The translations under genes were made by a program, and so were the position numbers. 64,000 bases of DNA from the NCBI GenBank assembly GCA_038824035.1, contig JAWBBW010000001.1, forward strand, positions 1-64,000. The letters run 5' to 3'. The notes under the pieces are model-generated. The model searched no databases. It was not told the origin of the DNA and worked only from the letters and a program-made list of their open reading frames with translations. Positions within the stretch are counted from its first letter, which is position 1. Each line of letters begins with the position of its first letter. This document shows positions 25,760-35,893 of the stretch, piece after piece. This DNA comes from Desulfurococcaceae archaeon (GTDB lineage: Archaea > Thermoproteota > Thermoprotei_A > Sulfolobales > Desulfurococcaceae).

Positions 25760-26140
25760 ATGGAAATACCCGATCTATGTAGTATATATGACATACGATT
25801 CCTCGTCAGGAGAGGTATCGTGATCACCCCGCCAATGCTTAAAACCCTTGACGCCATAATAGTGCTTAAGCGCGCGACAGCTGATGAAGTGGCCAAATAC
25901 ACTGGAAGAGCCAGGACAATAGAATCCAGGTATTTGGCCAAGTTAAACAAGGCCGGGATAATTGCCAAGATCAAAGAAGGTAGGAAAGTATATTACATAG
26001 AACCAATAAGCGCTGTCAAGGAACATCTGGATATATATGGTGATAGCATAACCCCGGAACAATTGGCACACATGATAAGTTTACCAGCCGATATAGTTAA
26101 GCTAATTATAAATTCGCTTAAACAGCCTAAACAAGGCTAG
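25760..26140 (+). CDS. Winged-helix transcriptional regulator
   Basis: ATADEVAKYTGRARTIESRYLAKL.KAGII.K.KEGRKVYY. Confidence 0.8.
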   Translation: MEIPDLCSIYDIRFLVRRGIVITPPMLKTLDAIIVLKRATADEVAKYTGRARTIESRYLAKLNKAGIIAKIKEGRKVYYIEPISAVKEHLDIYGDSITPEQLAHMISLPADIVKLIINSLKQPKQG

Positions 26141-26430
26141 ATCTTTACGTTAATCACAATGTTTATTTCTTTCGACGAGCTCGATGACTTGAATACTAAG
26201 TATACCTTTGAGACATCACCATTAGCTCTACGTAATCCCTCTGCAAATGCCTCTATGAGGCGGGTTAATAGCAATGTCCTGGAAACAGTGCAACTACTTG
26301 CCACGAACCTATCTATTACAGCCAAATCGTCTTCATTGATCCTGAGCGATATCATGCGTTTCCGCGGTTTTAATGGTATCTCTATGATATTGACTGGTAG
26401 ATTCAACGCATTTTTCTCGACTTCAACCAT
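26137..26430 (-). CDS. Ribbon-helix-helix (CopG-like) protein
   Basis: RKRMISLRINEDDL..IDRF.....VSRT.LL..LI pattern; GGAGA RBS. Confidence 0.6.
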   Translation of the reverse strand: MVEVEKNALNLPVNIIEIPLKPRKRMISLRINEDDLAVIDRFVASSCTVSRTLLLTRLIEAFAEGLRRANGDVSKVYLVFKSSSSSKEINIVINVKI

Positions 26431-26609
26431 GTTAATCTCCTCTATAATCTCTACTGAAGCAAAATTAATAAGCTAGTTATATCGAAAACAATTTATCTAA
26501 TAATCTCAACATTTAAATAAAACAATCATGTTCTTCACATAAGCCATATTTATTGATATGGAAAAATTATACGACAAAAATATAAAAGTGGTGTCGAACA
26601 AATTATTTA

Positions 26610-26673
26610 CGTGGCCTTTGCAACGCCCCCGGAGGGGTTGGGATGAGCAAAGGCTCTCTCCTGGGCTCCCATA
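26610..26673 (+). ncRNA. GC-rich hairpin RNA candidate with K-turn-like internal loop
   Basis: GCCTTTGC(26614-21)/GCAAAGGC(26647-54) stem, CCCC/GGGG upper stem, GGATGA bulge; AAAAATATAAAA about 25 nt upstream; lies in an AT-rich intergenic region. Confidence 0.45.
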
Positions 26674-26745
26674 TTTGTTTATTAAGTTGCCATAAGAGAT
26701 GAATAACTTGGATAAAATTTGTGATAGGTGAAGGTGGTTTAGCAA

Positions 26746-27030
26746 TTGTTGCGTAGATTGATCTTGGATGTATTATTTCCAATTCGTGGTGTATCCATAA
26801 TAGACCTGGCTGATTCATTGCTAGTACTGAGTGGTGTGGAATCCGTTAACATAACTGTCAAGGAAGTAGATGTCGATACACAGAACATATTAGTGGTGAT
26901 CGAAGGTGAAAAGATCGTCTTTGACGATATCAAGGAGGTTATTGAGAAAAAAGGTGGCGTGATACATAGCATAGATCAAGTAGTTGTAGGCAAGAAAATA
27001 ATAGAGCCCCCACACTATCTCCTGGAGTGA
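26746..27030 (+). CDS. DUF211-family protein
   Basis: RRLILDVL.P, GVESVNITV.EVD..T, GGVIHSIDQVV.G. Confidence 0.88.
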   Translation: MLRRLILDVLFPIRGVSIIDLADSLLVLSGVESVNITVKEVDVDTQNILVVIEGEKIVFDDIKEVIEKKGGVIHSIDQVVVGKKIIEPPHYLLE

Positions 27031-27037
27031 TGGAGAA

Positions 27038-27772
27038 ATGAGATTAAGCCCGTTGAAATTACTTGACAACATAGCTACACAGTCAAGAATAATCATAGTG
27101 GGCAATAAGACATACGTTGTTAAAAACTATAGCAATGAGCTCGGTTTACTGAAATGGTATCTGCTGAATATCCCAGCTAGGGGTATTTATCCTTTTAAAA
27201 CAGCGCCACTTACTAGGCTGAAAAGAGAAATAGAGTACATGAAGAATGCACCTGATTATTTCAGAAAACCTGAAATACTTCTCATAGATTACACAGATCT
27301 AAGCGTTGTGAGAGAATACGTACCTGGAGAAACCTATGGCCCAGATTCGCCGCCTTTTATACACAGTTACATGGGTATGAGGCTTGGGCAATTACATAGA
27401 TCTGGATGGGCACTTGGAGATGTAAAAATATCCAATTTCATATACACAAGTAGCGGGGATATCTACATCATTGACGCTGAACAAGCGACTAGGGAATCAA
27501 ACACTAGATATTATGCATGGGATCTGCTTGTATTGTTGTCCACTTTGACAATTGATGGTTACAACAAGTTCTTGGTAAAGGCTAGTGGTTATACGAAAAT
27601 GATTAAAGATCTATTGGAGGGTTATTTAAAGGGCGGTGAAGACGTCGCGATAAACGTGATAGAGATGTTGAAAACACTCGATGAATTCAAACTAATTGAA
27701 TACCTTCTCATACCGTTTCCATATAACTATTTGTTGATAAGGGTACTGGATAACCTGAAACATGTGGACTAG
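27038..27772 (+). CDS. Protein-kinase-like fold protein (Bud32/RIO/Kdo-like)
   Basis: YVVK, RLKRE, VVREYVPG, LH..G.ALGDVKISNF, YIIDAEQ, AWDL. Confidence 0.7.
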   Translation: MRLSPLKLLDNIATQSRIIIVGNKTYVVKNYSNELGLLKWYLLNIPARGIYPFKTAPLTRLKREIEYMKNAPDYFRKPEILLIDYTDLSVVREYVPGETYGPDSPPFIHSYMGMRLGQLHRSGWALGDVKISNFIYTSSGDIYIIDAEQATRESNTRYYAWDLLVLLSTLTIDGYNKFLVKASGYTKMIKDLLEGYLKGGEDVAINVIEMLKTLDEFKLIEYLLIPFPYNYLLIRVLDNLKHVD

Positions 27773-27827
27773 ATTCTACTTAAAACCCTAAACCCTAATT
27801 TAGAATTTAAAGAAATATTAGGATAAC

Positions 27828-27887
27828 ACAGTGATGATTTACCCCCGGACCCGAATAGTTAATGACGAAAACATACCCGACTGAGGT
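27828..27887 (+). ncRNA. Box C/D guide sRNA
   Basis: GUGAUGA(27831-37)-UUUACCCCCGGAC-CCGA-AUAG-UUAAUGA-CGAAAACAUACCCGA-CUGA(27881-84); TTTAAA at 27806-11. Confidence 0.85.
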
Positions 27888-28490
27888 ATGACCATGTATA
27901 TATTGATAGCCGGGGATAGCCACGTACCGGATAGAGCTGAGAGGATAAACCCGAGATTCAGGCAATTGATTGAAAACTGGTCTCCTTGGGAAATGGTGTT
28001 TTTCACGGGCGATTTAACTGGCATGGAGGTTTTTAATTGGCTTAGATCTATTAGTAAAGCCCTTTTCATTGTGAGAGGCAATATGGATGTGCTCACATTT
28101 CCCCAAAAAGTTATCTTGGAGATTAAGGGGTTCAAGGTAGGAATGATACATGGAGATGGCATATATCCGAGAGGGGACACAAAGGGTTTATCGAAAGCGG
28201 CTTCATCACTTGGAGTGGACATATTGATATCTGGTCACACTCACTCAGATTTCGTGAAAACAAGCATTACGGGAGGTGAGCTATTGCTGAACCCGGGTTC
28301 TCTGACAGGTGTATGGGGTGGTGGGGGAGGTAGTTATACTCCGTCTTTCATGGTGCTCGATATGGGTAAGAACAAGTTGGAATTACATGTGTTCAAAATG
28401 GAGCTCGGCGATATCAGGAGAGAGATATATAGTATTGAGAGAATTGGTGGAAAATGGCTCATCTCGTTCGTCAAAGAGGTAAGATTATGA
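27888..28490 (+). CDS. YfcE/MJ0936/Vps29-family metallophosphoesterase
   Basis: GDSHVP, TGDL, VRGNMD, MIHG, SGHTH, LNPGS. Confidence 0.9.
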   Translation: MTMYILIAGDSHVPDRAERINPRFRQLIENWSPWEMVFFTGDLTGMEVFNWLRSISKALFIVRGNMDVLTFPQKVILEIKGFKVGMIHGDGIYPRGDTKGLSKAASSLGVDILISGHTHSDFVKTSITGGELLLNPGSLTGVWGGGGGSYTPSFMVLDMGKNKLELHVFKMELGDIRREIYSIERIGGKWLISFVKEVRL

Positions 28491-29550
28491 CATTCCTCCA
28501 CGGTATCGAGAAAACGATCTCTTGTCCTATCGTCACGTTAAGGGTATTAGGGAAATAAGCAACAAGTGATAATTTCCCAATCCTTATCCTGGCCTCGATC
28601 CGATCTCCTATAAACATTGCGGATTCCACGACACCTCTTAGAACCACATGATCCTCCCTTGCATGTTCACCATATTTTATTATCTCAGGCCTTATCACGA
28701 CAGCAATGCGAGATGATGGCTTATCCTCAAATGGCGTTATGCCTTTAATTACAACATTGTGTAAATCCTCTATTCTAACCATTACGATGTTTTTTTCACG
28801 GCCAACTACCTCTCCGCGATAAATATTGCTTCTCCCCAAGAAATCCGCTACGAATAGATGTTTCGGCTTAAAATATAGCTCTTGCGGTGTTCCCACTTGG
28901 ATCACTTTGCCCTTGTCCATGATTGCTATTCTATCGCTAATGCTCATGGCCTCGGCCTGATCATGAGTAACGTAGATCGTGGTTATTTTTAGTTCACGCT
29001 GTATTCTCCTGAATTCCTCTCTCATCTCAATTCTTAACTTGGCATCCAGATTACTGAGTGGCTCATCGAGAAGTAAAACCCTTGGTTGAACCACCAATGC
29101 TCTCGCCAATGCCACTCTTTGTTGTTGTCCACCACTTAATTGTAAAGGATATCTATTTTCCAAGCCCTTTAACTTGACCAATTCCAATACCCACTCAATT
29201 CTCTCCTTGATGTCTCTCTCTGAAAGCCCGAGCTCCTTACGTTTAACCCTAAGTCCATACGCTATGTTCTCATAAACGGTCATATGAGGCCATAATGCAT
29301 AGTTCTGAAAAACCATTACAGCGCCTCGCTTATACGGTTTCAAATACGTTACATCTTCATCGTCGAAATATAACTTACCCTTATCGGGCAATTCAAACCC
29401 CGCTATTATTCTCAACGTGGTTGTTTTGCCACAACCACTGGGACCCAGTATTGTGAATAGTTCTCCTTTCTCTACGTTCAAGTAGACGTTGTCCACGGCG
29501 ATGACTTTGCCGAAGTACTTGGTGATACCCTCTAACATAACCCGTGTCAA
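28471..29550 (-). CDS. ABC transporter ATP-binding subunit (PotA/FbpC/MalK-like, TOBE domain)
   Basis: GPSGCGKTT, VFQNYALWPHM, LSGGQQQR, LLLDEP; TTG start at 29550 after GGGGTG. Confidence 0.93.
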   Translation of the reverse strand: MTRVMLEGITKYFGKVIAVDNVYLNVEKGELFTILGPSGCGKTTTLRIIAGFELPDKGKLYFDDEDVTYLKPYKRGAVMVFQNYALWPHMTVYENIAYGLRVKRKELGLSERDIKERIEWVLELVKLKGLENRYPLQLSGGQQQRVALARALVVQPRVLLLDEPLSNLDAKLRIEMREEFRRIQRELKITTIYVTHDQAEAMSISDRIAIMDKGKVIQVGTPQELYFKPKHLFVADFLGRSNIYRGEVVGREKNIVMVRIEDLHNVVIKGITPFEDKPSSRIAVVIRPEIIKYGEHAREDHVVLRGVVESAMFIGDRIEARIRIGKLSLVAYFPNTLNVTIGQEIVFSIPWRNVIILPL

Positions 29551-29701
29551 GTGGCACCCCCGATTCCTGATGTTACAAGGCATATTCAGCTTAAATAATT
29601 GGCTATAATGCGTGGTGTCGAATCTACACATGCCTGATCAATGAACAGGTTTTGGTTATAAATAATTAAGACACCGCGTATTCTAATTAAAGGGCTGAGT
29701 C

Positions 29702-30148
29702 ATGAGCAAAAGAGTTAAGGGGTTTTCACATGAAAGAGACCTGGTTCGGCGATTATGGGAATATGGATTTGCCGTGATGAGGGCCCCAGCTAGTGGTAGT
29801 AAGGCTAAGAGAGTTAGATACCCAGATATAGTAGCGATATATAGGGGTAAAGTAATAGTGATCGAAGCAAAAACAATGAAAGAAGATCGACCTCTTTATA
29901 TCAGGGGCGAACAAGTCGATAAGTTATTGGAATTCGCCAATAGATCTGGTGGAGAGGCGTATATAGCTGTTAAGAAAATAGGTACCGGTGAATGGTTCTT
30001 TATCCCTGTTGAAAAACTAGAGAAAACACAGCAAGGTAATTACAAATTAAGCGTAGATCATGTGCACGAGGGGATTAGGCTAGAGGCATTGATATCTGTT
30101 GTGAAGAGTGCTCGAAAGTTAACGGATTATATGCAGAGAGAGCATTAA
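29702..30148 (+). CDS. hjc: Holliday junction resolvase Hjc
   Basis: KG..HERDL...L...GFAVMRAPASGS...PDIVA...VIEAK. Confidence 0.93.
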   Translation: MSKRVKGFSHERDLVRRLWEYGFAVMRAPASGSKAKRVRYPDIVAIYRGKVIVIEAKTMKEDRPLYIRGEQVDKLLEFANRSGGEAYIAVKKIGTGEWFFIPVEKLEKTQQGNYKLSVDHVHEGIRLEALISVVKSARKLTDYMQREH

Positions 30149-31710
30149 TCCCGTGTCACCAGTTTTACGTTGACTCCGTATTTTTCTCCAAGTTTCTTCA
30201 ACCTATTTATCCTTCGCTTATATGTCCTGACAAGGTCTTTCCTTATAATAACAGATATGCCTTCCTCGTCTATCTTTATATCTGCTTGTGGTATAATGTT
30301 CCTGGCTTTCTCCAAGAGCTCTTCTCTATCGCCACCGCGATGTCTGAGTTTCTTAACAGGGACAACAACTGTTTGTTCGCCGAAAGTGTATATCTCGTAT
30401 TCTAGTTCATTTGTCAGGAAATCCCTTACTTCAATCACTGGCCTCGTTAACTCGGCCTCTTTCAATCCAGTAGGCAATTTAACTGTCATCCTGATCTCAT
30501 AGACCTTGTCAACTTGGCCATTTTTAATAAATATCACCGTATCTATGATTGACGGTATCATACCTAGTTCCACTCTACCTATGAACCTCTGTATAGCGTC
30601 TATTGGAGATGTTGCGTGTACAACGCCGATCATGCCTATCCCGGCTAATCTGAGATCTGTGAATAGTTTGAAATCCTCGTCATTCCTCATCTCGTCGAAC
30701 ACTGTGTAATCCGGCCTGGATAACAACAATATGTCGTGAAGCTCTCCGATATCAGCATAGTTCTTACTGTATTGTGTTACATCAGCTGGCAGGATCATGT
30801 CTCTCGGCGATTCAATTGTTTTCACGATCTTGTTCATCCTCATATAGTACTCGGCGAGTGCCTGTGCAAACGTTGTCTTGCCCATACCAGGTGCCCCGGC
30901 TATCAATATGCCCTCAGCCCTCTCATTTAATCTCTTAATCAGCTCTGGTGATAGGTTGTAATCTTCTAGCCTCAGTTTCTTCAAGGGTCTTACAGCCGTG
31001 ATCTCCCATCCATCACTTAACGGCGGCCTAGTTATGACTATTCTATATGTACCTAGTTGAATTATTGTGGAACCGGCTCTATCTATCTCTATGAATGCGT
31101 CGTTTCTCCTTTTCGCCTCCTCTATGATCTCGTTGGCCATTCGCTCTATCTCCTGTTTCTGCAATGGCTTATCACTTAGTTTCACAAATCTCCATTCACC
31201 AGGTCTCCCAACTTTTGCAACTGGAACGGCATTCTCCTTTAAGTGAACACTCATGGTGTTCTCTCCAAAGTATTTCTCAAACTCCAGTTTCTGGCTTTTC
31301 TCGGGCTTTATGTACATGACACGTATACCGAGTGCCTTTGAGACTGTGTACTGGATGTTATCACTAGTTATCAACGTGGCATCTAGTGATAACGCTGTAT
31401 CCCTGATCAAGGCGTTGATGTTGTTTACGAAATCTTCGTTGTTATCCATGAACCTAGGTCTTTCACCGACATATTCAAGTGTTATGATTCCTTTCTCATG
31501 CATCTCTCTGAGTCTTTTAATCTCCTCTAAACCGGCAAATCCCACAACTTTGCCTTTATTCGCGTATTGTTCTAGAAGATATATTATAGCCCTGTGAACA
31601 GCTATTCTACCGTTAATTACTCCTTCCGATACAAATTTGGATACCAAGCCCTGTACTAAGACACTGTAGTCAGGGACATATACCTGTTCTCCAGCTAATT
31701 TATATATCAC
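30145..31710 (-). CDS. PIN-domain/VirB11-type ATPase PINA (branch-migration ATPase)
   Basis: N-terminal PIN (VPDYSVL), MSVHLKE, Walker A GAPGMGKTT, TIESPRD, FDEMR, DLRLAG.GM.GVVHA. Confidence 0.9.
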   Translation of the reverse strand: MIYKLAGEQVYVPDYSVLVQGLVSKFVSEGVINGRIAVHRAIIYLLEQYANKGKVVGFAGLEEIKRLREMHEKGIITLEYVGERPRFMDNNEDFVNNINALIRDTALSLDATLITSDNIQYTVSKALGIRVMYIKPEKSQKLEFEKYFGENTMSVHLKENAVPVAKVGRPGEWRFVKLSDKPLQKQEIERMANEIIEEAKRRNDAFIEIDRAGSTIIQLGTYRIVITRPPLSDGWEITAVRPLKKLRLEDYNLSPELIKRLNERAEGILIAGAPGMGKTTFAQALAEYYMRMNKIVKTIESPRDMILPADVTQYSKNYADIGELHDILLLSRPDYTVFDEMRNDEDFKLFTDLRLAGIGMIGVVHATSPIDAIQRFIGRVELGMIPSIIDTVIFIKNGQVDKVYEIRMTVKLPTGLKEAELTRPVIEVRDFLTNELEYEIYTFGEQTVVVPVKKLRHRGGDREELLEKARNIIPQADIKIDEEGISVIIRKDLVRTYKRRINRLKKLGEKYGVNVKLVTRD

Positions 31711-31826
31711 TAAACAACCCCTTTCGAACATAGTACATGTATTTTACATGTATTTACTGATAAAGAAAACATTATACCTGTTTTTAAACCTTGCATATAT
31801 ATTGAATCTATTCCCGCTTACTTTAA

Positions 31827-33164
31827 TCATCGTTGTTCGTATTTATTCCTAGATCTCTCCAGAAACATATCCACTATCTCGCTGAACGATGGGCCTTCCA
31901 CTATTTTCACTCTGAACTCAACTCTCACCACCGGCTTATTCACCCTTATAAGCCTAGTTATATCAGATGGAGTGCCCAGGACAACTGCATCAACGGGCAT
32001 ATTATTGATCGTTTTTTCTAGTTCTTTTAATTGGCTGGGATTATAACCAGTACTTGGGAGAACTGGGCCTATGTGTGGGTATTCGCTATATATCTCCTGG
32101 AAAAACCTAGTGGCATATGGCCTTGGATCTACGATCTCCGCGCCATATTTCAACGCCGCTACATAGCCGGCTGCGTATTGTAAACCACCATGGGTTATGG
32201 TTGGTGAATCCTCAATCACGAGGACTTTTTTTCCTTCTATTATCGATGGGTTATCAACTACTACATCACTAATGGCGAGGCAGATCACGGCTTTGGGGTT
32301 CCTAGTTAATATGTTTTTCTTTATGGTATCCACTGCCCCTGGCTTAGCTTGGTCAACCTTGTTCACCAAGACAATGTCAGCCATATATATGTTCATCTCG
32401 CCGGGAAATGCCGATATCTCTATGCCAGGCCTCATGGCATCGGCAACGGTGATCATGAGATCAGGCTTATAGAATGGCCAGTCATTATTACCTCCATCCC
32501 ATAGTATGATGTCATTCTCTGATTCCACAATTCTGAGTATGTTTCCATAATCGACTCCAGCGTAAACTGAGAAACCCAGCCTGAGATAGTGTTCATACTC
32601 TTCTCTCTCTTCTATAGTAGCGCCGTATTTATCCAAGTCATCAATACTCCTAAAAACCTGTACAGCCGATTTCTCCAAATTACCATATGGCATTGGGTGT
32701 CTAACTATTCCGGTTTTCAACCCTCTTTTGCTAAGCTCTAGCGCTATTTCCCTGGATACCGAGCTTTTACCTGAACCAGTCTTGACACCTGTGACAGCTA
32801 TTACTGGTTTAACGCTTTCAAGCATAGTCTCAGCTGGGCCCAGTATTTTAAAGGTCAAACCCAATGACATGAGTTTGGATATTAGCTGTCCGAGCTCCTG
32901 GTACGTTAGATCGCTGAACGCTAGTATGGCCTCTTCGACTCCATAAGTCTTCACAATCGTATCTAGGTATTTCAATCCTAATATCGGGATCCCCTCTGGA
33001 TACCCAGGCCCGGCAAGGGATGGAGGATATCTCCTACCAGCTATGCCTGGTATTTGGGTCTGTAGAAAGGCCACGACGTGGTAATCAGGGTTATTTCTAA
33101 AATAGATATTGAAATTATGGTAATCCCTTCCACTGGCACCTATAATCACGACTTTCCGCGGCAT
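31827..33164 (-). CDS. arcE: COG2403 P-loop protein, probable arginine synthetase (ArcE-like; paralog of cDPG synthetase)
   Basis: IIGASGRDYHNFN, TQIPGI.GRRYPP.LAG..YP.GIPI, TGSGKS, RHPMPYG, TIEEREEYE, WDGGNND, ED.PT.THGG. Confidence 0.75.
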   Translation of the reverse strand: MPRKVVIIGASGRDYHNFNIYFRNNPDYHVVAFLQTQIPGIAGRRYPPSLAGPGYPEGIPILGLKYLDTIVKTYGVEEAILAFSDLTYQELGQLISKLMSLGLTFKILGPAETMLESVKPVIAVTGVKTGSGKSSVSREIALELSKRGLKTGIVRHPMPYGNLEKSAVQVFRSIDDLDKYGATIEEREEYEHYLRLGFSVYAGVDYGNILRIVESENDIILWDGGNNDWPFYKPDLMITVADAMRPGIEISAFPGEMNIYMADIVLVNKVDQAKPGAVDTIKKNILTRNPKAVICLAISDVVVDNPSIIEGKKVLVIEDSPTITHGGLQYAAGYVAALKYGAEIVDPRPYATRFFQEIYSEYPHIGPVLPSTGYNPSQLKELEKTINNMPVDAVVLGTPSDITRLIRVNKPVVRVEFRVKIVEGPSFSEIVDMFLERSRNKYEQR

Positions 33165-33282
33165 GATGACACCGATTAAATATAGTAGACAAGGCTTATT
33201 AAGTCAATTGATCTAAAGAGGAACATCATAATACATGATGCATTAGAGTAATGGGGATAATGTTTTGGTTTTAAGAGCACTT

Positions 33283-33299
33283 AGAAAGGGAAAAAAGAG
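33283..33299 (-). terminator. Pyrimidine/U-rich terminator after ppsA
   Basis: CTCTTTTTTCCCTTTCT on the minus strand just after the stop. Confidence 0.5.
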
Positions 33300-33304
33300 G
33301 TCAA

Positions 33305-35809
33305 TTAAAAGTTCAGGTCCTTTAATTTCTCGGCTATTTTTTCAAGCCTTTCCAACATAATCTTTCTCTCAACACTGGCAACCAATCTCCTTGTTGGTAT
33401 CACAGCATCTGGATTAACACTTATGCTGTCTATGCCCTCTCTTACCAAGAACTCCACTATCTCTGGGTACACGCTTGGGGCTTGTCCACATATACTCACT
33501 GTTGCACCTTTTTTGTGAGCCCCTCTTATTATCATGCTTATAGCCTTTAACACGGCTGGATCTCTCTCATCGAAATATCCCATCTCTGCCAATATATTGC
33601 TATCTCTGTCAGCACCAAGAACTAGTTGTGTCAAGTCGTTGCTTCCAATACTAAATCCATCGACCAGTTCAGCGAACTCCTCTGCGAGCAATGCTACACT
33701 TGGGACCTCAGCCATGATCCACACTTTGAAGTCCTTAGTTCTCTTTAATCCCTCCTCTTCCATGATCTTTAGTAAGCGTTTGACCTCCCAGGTTGTCCTC
33801 ACAAATGGCAACATGACCCATACATTTATTAAGCCAAACTCTTCTCTTACTTTCCTAATGGCCTTTAACTCCAGCCTGAAACCTGGTTCATACTTGGGGT
33901 GTATGTACCTGCTAACACCTCTCCAGCCAATCATTGGGTTTCTCTCATCTGGTTCGTATTTTTCACCACCCTTTAATCCTCTGAATTCATTTGTTCTGAA
34001 ATCACTGAATCTCACTACTACCGGCCTTGGATATATGGCCTGAGCTACTTTAGCTATTCCCTCGGCTAGCTTATTCACGAAGAAGTCTTGTTGACCAGTG
34101 TCGATCAAATACATTGGATGATATCCGATCCAATCTGTGAATATGAACTCGATCCTCATTAGGCCTATTCCGTCGAATGGAAGGTCCTTGTATTTGTCTA
34201 TGGCATCTGGTTCACCAAGGTTCATGTAGATTTTAGTGGCTGTCACAGGGTATAATGGTAATAGTTGCTCTGGGCTAATACCTACAGCCGCTACCACGCC
34301 GGCCGCAGGAATGGCCTCCGTCTTCGGCTTCGCCAACTCTTCAACTATACCCTCATAGATGACTCCCTTACTACCATCAACTGTGACCTCTGTACCTGAC
34401 ACCACGGCCTTTGTCGCATTGCCAGTTCCAACTACACATGGTATACCTAGTTCACGGCTGACTATTGCGGCGTGGCTTGTCATACCACCTTCATCTGTGA
34501 CTATTGCAGCGGCTTTTTTCATTAATGGTACCCAGTCAGGGTCTGTCATCCTTGTTACGAGGATATCGCCCTCTTTGAACTCTAATGCCTCAGGGCTCTT
34601 GGGATCAAATATCACCCTGGCAACGCCTGCGCCTATACCAGGACTCGCAGGTAGGCCTCTTGCAAGCACCTTGGCCTCAGACAATTTCACCACTTTTCTA
34701 CCAGTAACCTCGGCTGGTTTCTTAGCGGCTTCTTTTGCTTTCTTAGTACTCCACACAGTCTCGGGCCTTGCTTGTACTATGAACACGTTTTGCGGGAACG
34801 GTAGATCCAGGTCTACTGCCCACTCTATGTCCATATGTCTTCCATAGTGTTTGTATATTAATTCGCCTAGCTCTGCTAATCTAATAACCTCCTCGTCTGT
34901 TAGCGAGGGCTTTTCGGGATGGGCGATCTGGACCAACGGTGCTTGCGGTTCTACTCCCTCCTCTGCAACCCACTTACTTTGTTCATCTTCCCACTTTAAG
35001 TGGATGTTTTTACCTATACTTGGATCAAACGTTATCATGTACGTCTTCTTGTTAATTCTCCTCTCGACGATATCAATACTCTTCCTATCAACTATGAACT
35101 CATCCGGAGTTACTTTGCCACCAACAACAGATTCTCCGAGACCCCAGCTACTCTCTATGACTATTACGTTCTCATCCCCTGTCACCGGGTGTAATGTGAA
35201 CATAACACCAGCTGCCTTGCTATTGACCATTTTCTGAACCGTAACACTCATATGTGTTCTCTCGTGTGGTATCCCTTGAGCAACTCTATAGAATGTTGCT
35301 CTCGCTGTGAAAAGGCTTGCCCAGCATCTCTTAACATGTTCGACGACTTTCTCAGCGCCGTAGACATTGAGATATGTGTCTTGTTGTCCAGCAAAACTAG
35401 CCTCGGGCAAATCCTCGGCTGTAGCACTACTTCTAACAGCTACTCGTAATTTCGCTGGATCCATGTTCAACCTCTTAGCTAATTCATTATAATACATCTT
35501 GATCTCGTTTTCCACCTCCCGTGGCATTGGCTGGCTTAATATCATCTCCCTTATTTTCCTAGTGGTTTCCTCCAATTCCTTGGTGTTATTTACATCGAGT
35601 TTTCTCAGCATATCGTAGATCTTCTGGCCCAACCCGGTTTTCTCCATGAAGTATTTAAATGCATACGCGGTGACAGCGAATCCAGGAGGCACTGGTATTC
35701 CAGCTGCCATCATTTCTCCTAGATTTGCATTTTTGCCACCAACTAATGGGACATCTTCCTTCCTCACTTCCTCTAACCAGAGCACGAACCTGGTTTCTTT
35801 GCTACTCAT
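33305..35809 (-). CDS. ppsA: Phosphoenolpyruvate synthase (pyruvate, water dikinase)
   Basis: [33 protein letters not shown] (phospho-His), [19 protein letters not shown]. Confidence 0.97.
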   Translation of the reverse strand: MSSKETRFVLWLEEVRKEDVPLVGGKNANLGEMMAAGIPVPPGFAVTAYAFKYFMEKTGLGQKIYDMLRKLDVNNTKELEETTRKIREMILSQPMPREVENEIKMYYNELAKRLNMDPAKLRVAVRSSATAEDLPEASFAGQQDTYLNVYGAEKVVEHVKRCWASLFTARATFYRVAQGIPHERTHMSVTVQKMVNSKAAGVMFTLHPVTGDENVIVIESSWGLGESVVGGKVTPDEFIVDRKSIDIVERRINKKTYMITFDPSIGKNIHLKWEDEQSKWVAEEGVEPQAPLVQIAHPEKPSLTDEEVIRLAELGELIYKHYGRHMDIEWAVDLDLPFPQNVFIVQARPETVWSTKKAKEAAKKPAEVTGRKVVKLSEAKVLARGLPASPGIGAGVARVIFDPKSPEALEFKEGDILVTRMTDPDWVPLMKKAAAIVTDEGGMTSHAAIVSRELGIPCVVGTGNATKAVVSGTEVTVDGSKGVIYEGIVEELAKPKTEAIPAAGVVAAVGISPEQLLPLYPVTATKIYMNLGEPDAIDKYKDLPFDGIGLMRIEFIFTDWIGYHPMYLIDTGQQDFFVNKLAEGIAKVAQAIYPRPVVVRFSDFRTNEFRGLKGGEKYEPDERNPMIGWRGVSRYIHPKYEPGFRLELKAIRKVREEFGLINVWVMLPFVRTTWEVKRLLKIMEEEGLKRTKDFKVWIMAEVPSVALLAEEFAELVDGFSIGSNDLTQLVLGADRDSNILAEMGYFDERDPAVLKAISMIIRGAHKKGATVSICGQAPSVYPEIVEFLVREGIDSISVNPDAVIPTRRLVASVERKIMLERLEKIAEKLKDLNF

Positions 35810-35893
35810 TAAACCACCTGAAAAGGTATCCTTCTCGATAAGGGTTATAAAAGTTTTCTTTATACATAGAAATACAATATATATTGAAACATG

